Source: Eledone cirrhosa (taxonomy: Eukaryota). Taken from it: 64,000 nt of DNA. The notes below the pieces were generated by a model. That model was not told the origin of the DNA and searched no databases. It was given only the letters and a program-made list of their open reading frames with translations. The position numbers were made by a program, and so were the translations under genes. Positions within the stretch are counted from its first letter, which is position 1, and every line of letters begins with the position of its first letter. Shown piece by piece: positions 63,651 to 64,000 of the stretch. The stretch covers positions 388,678,001 to 388,742,000 of the forward strand of contig OZ024741.1 of the NCBI GenBank assembly GCA_964016885.1, read 5' to 3'.

Positions 63651-64000
63651 CTTAATATATATATATATATTAATATATAAATATTAATATATATATATAT
63701 TAATATATATATATAAATCACATATATATATATTAATAATATATATATTCATTATCATCTTTACCAGTCAACTTTAGTTTGTCTTACAATATTAACTGGA
63801 TACATGTTACTGCACCACCACCACTTGAGGGGTTGTTTGCAGTTGGACTGAAGAGTTCTTATTTAGAGTTACTGCCCTTCTAGAATGGTACACTCCTCTA
63901 CACTCTATCAGCTTTTCCTCTGAGTTCCTATGCTGCTGGAGGAATATATATCTGCATGATAAACAGACCTAGTACAAGTTGTAAAGTGATAGTGATAGGA

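Overview
This is repeat-dense eukaryotic (metazoan) DNA. The SINE/RTE/Penelope content looks mollusc- or cephalopod-like, but that is inference only. I found no convincing host-gene exon, rRNA, tRNA gene or CRISPR array. Positions 1-24.3 kb are a single (AAT)n microsatellite split by eight non-LTR retrotransposon insertions from two unrelated clades. R4/Dong-like elements (RT + CCHC + restriction-like endonuclease) always lie on +, and one copy is intact (1129 aa). Tx1-like elements (ORF1 zinc knuckle; ORF2 APE + RT) always lie on -. Two full-length Tx1 copies share an almost identical ORF2 but carry very different ORF1/5'UTR modules. Positions 24.4-64 kb hold decayed RTE LINEs, two tRNA-derived SINE families, Penelope-like (GIY-YIG) fragments, an internally inverted piggyBac, MITEs and microsatellites. 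Four type I hammerhead ribozymes could be folded by eye in this region. One lies in a ~404-nt tandem/inverted, circularly permuted, retrozyme-like unit.
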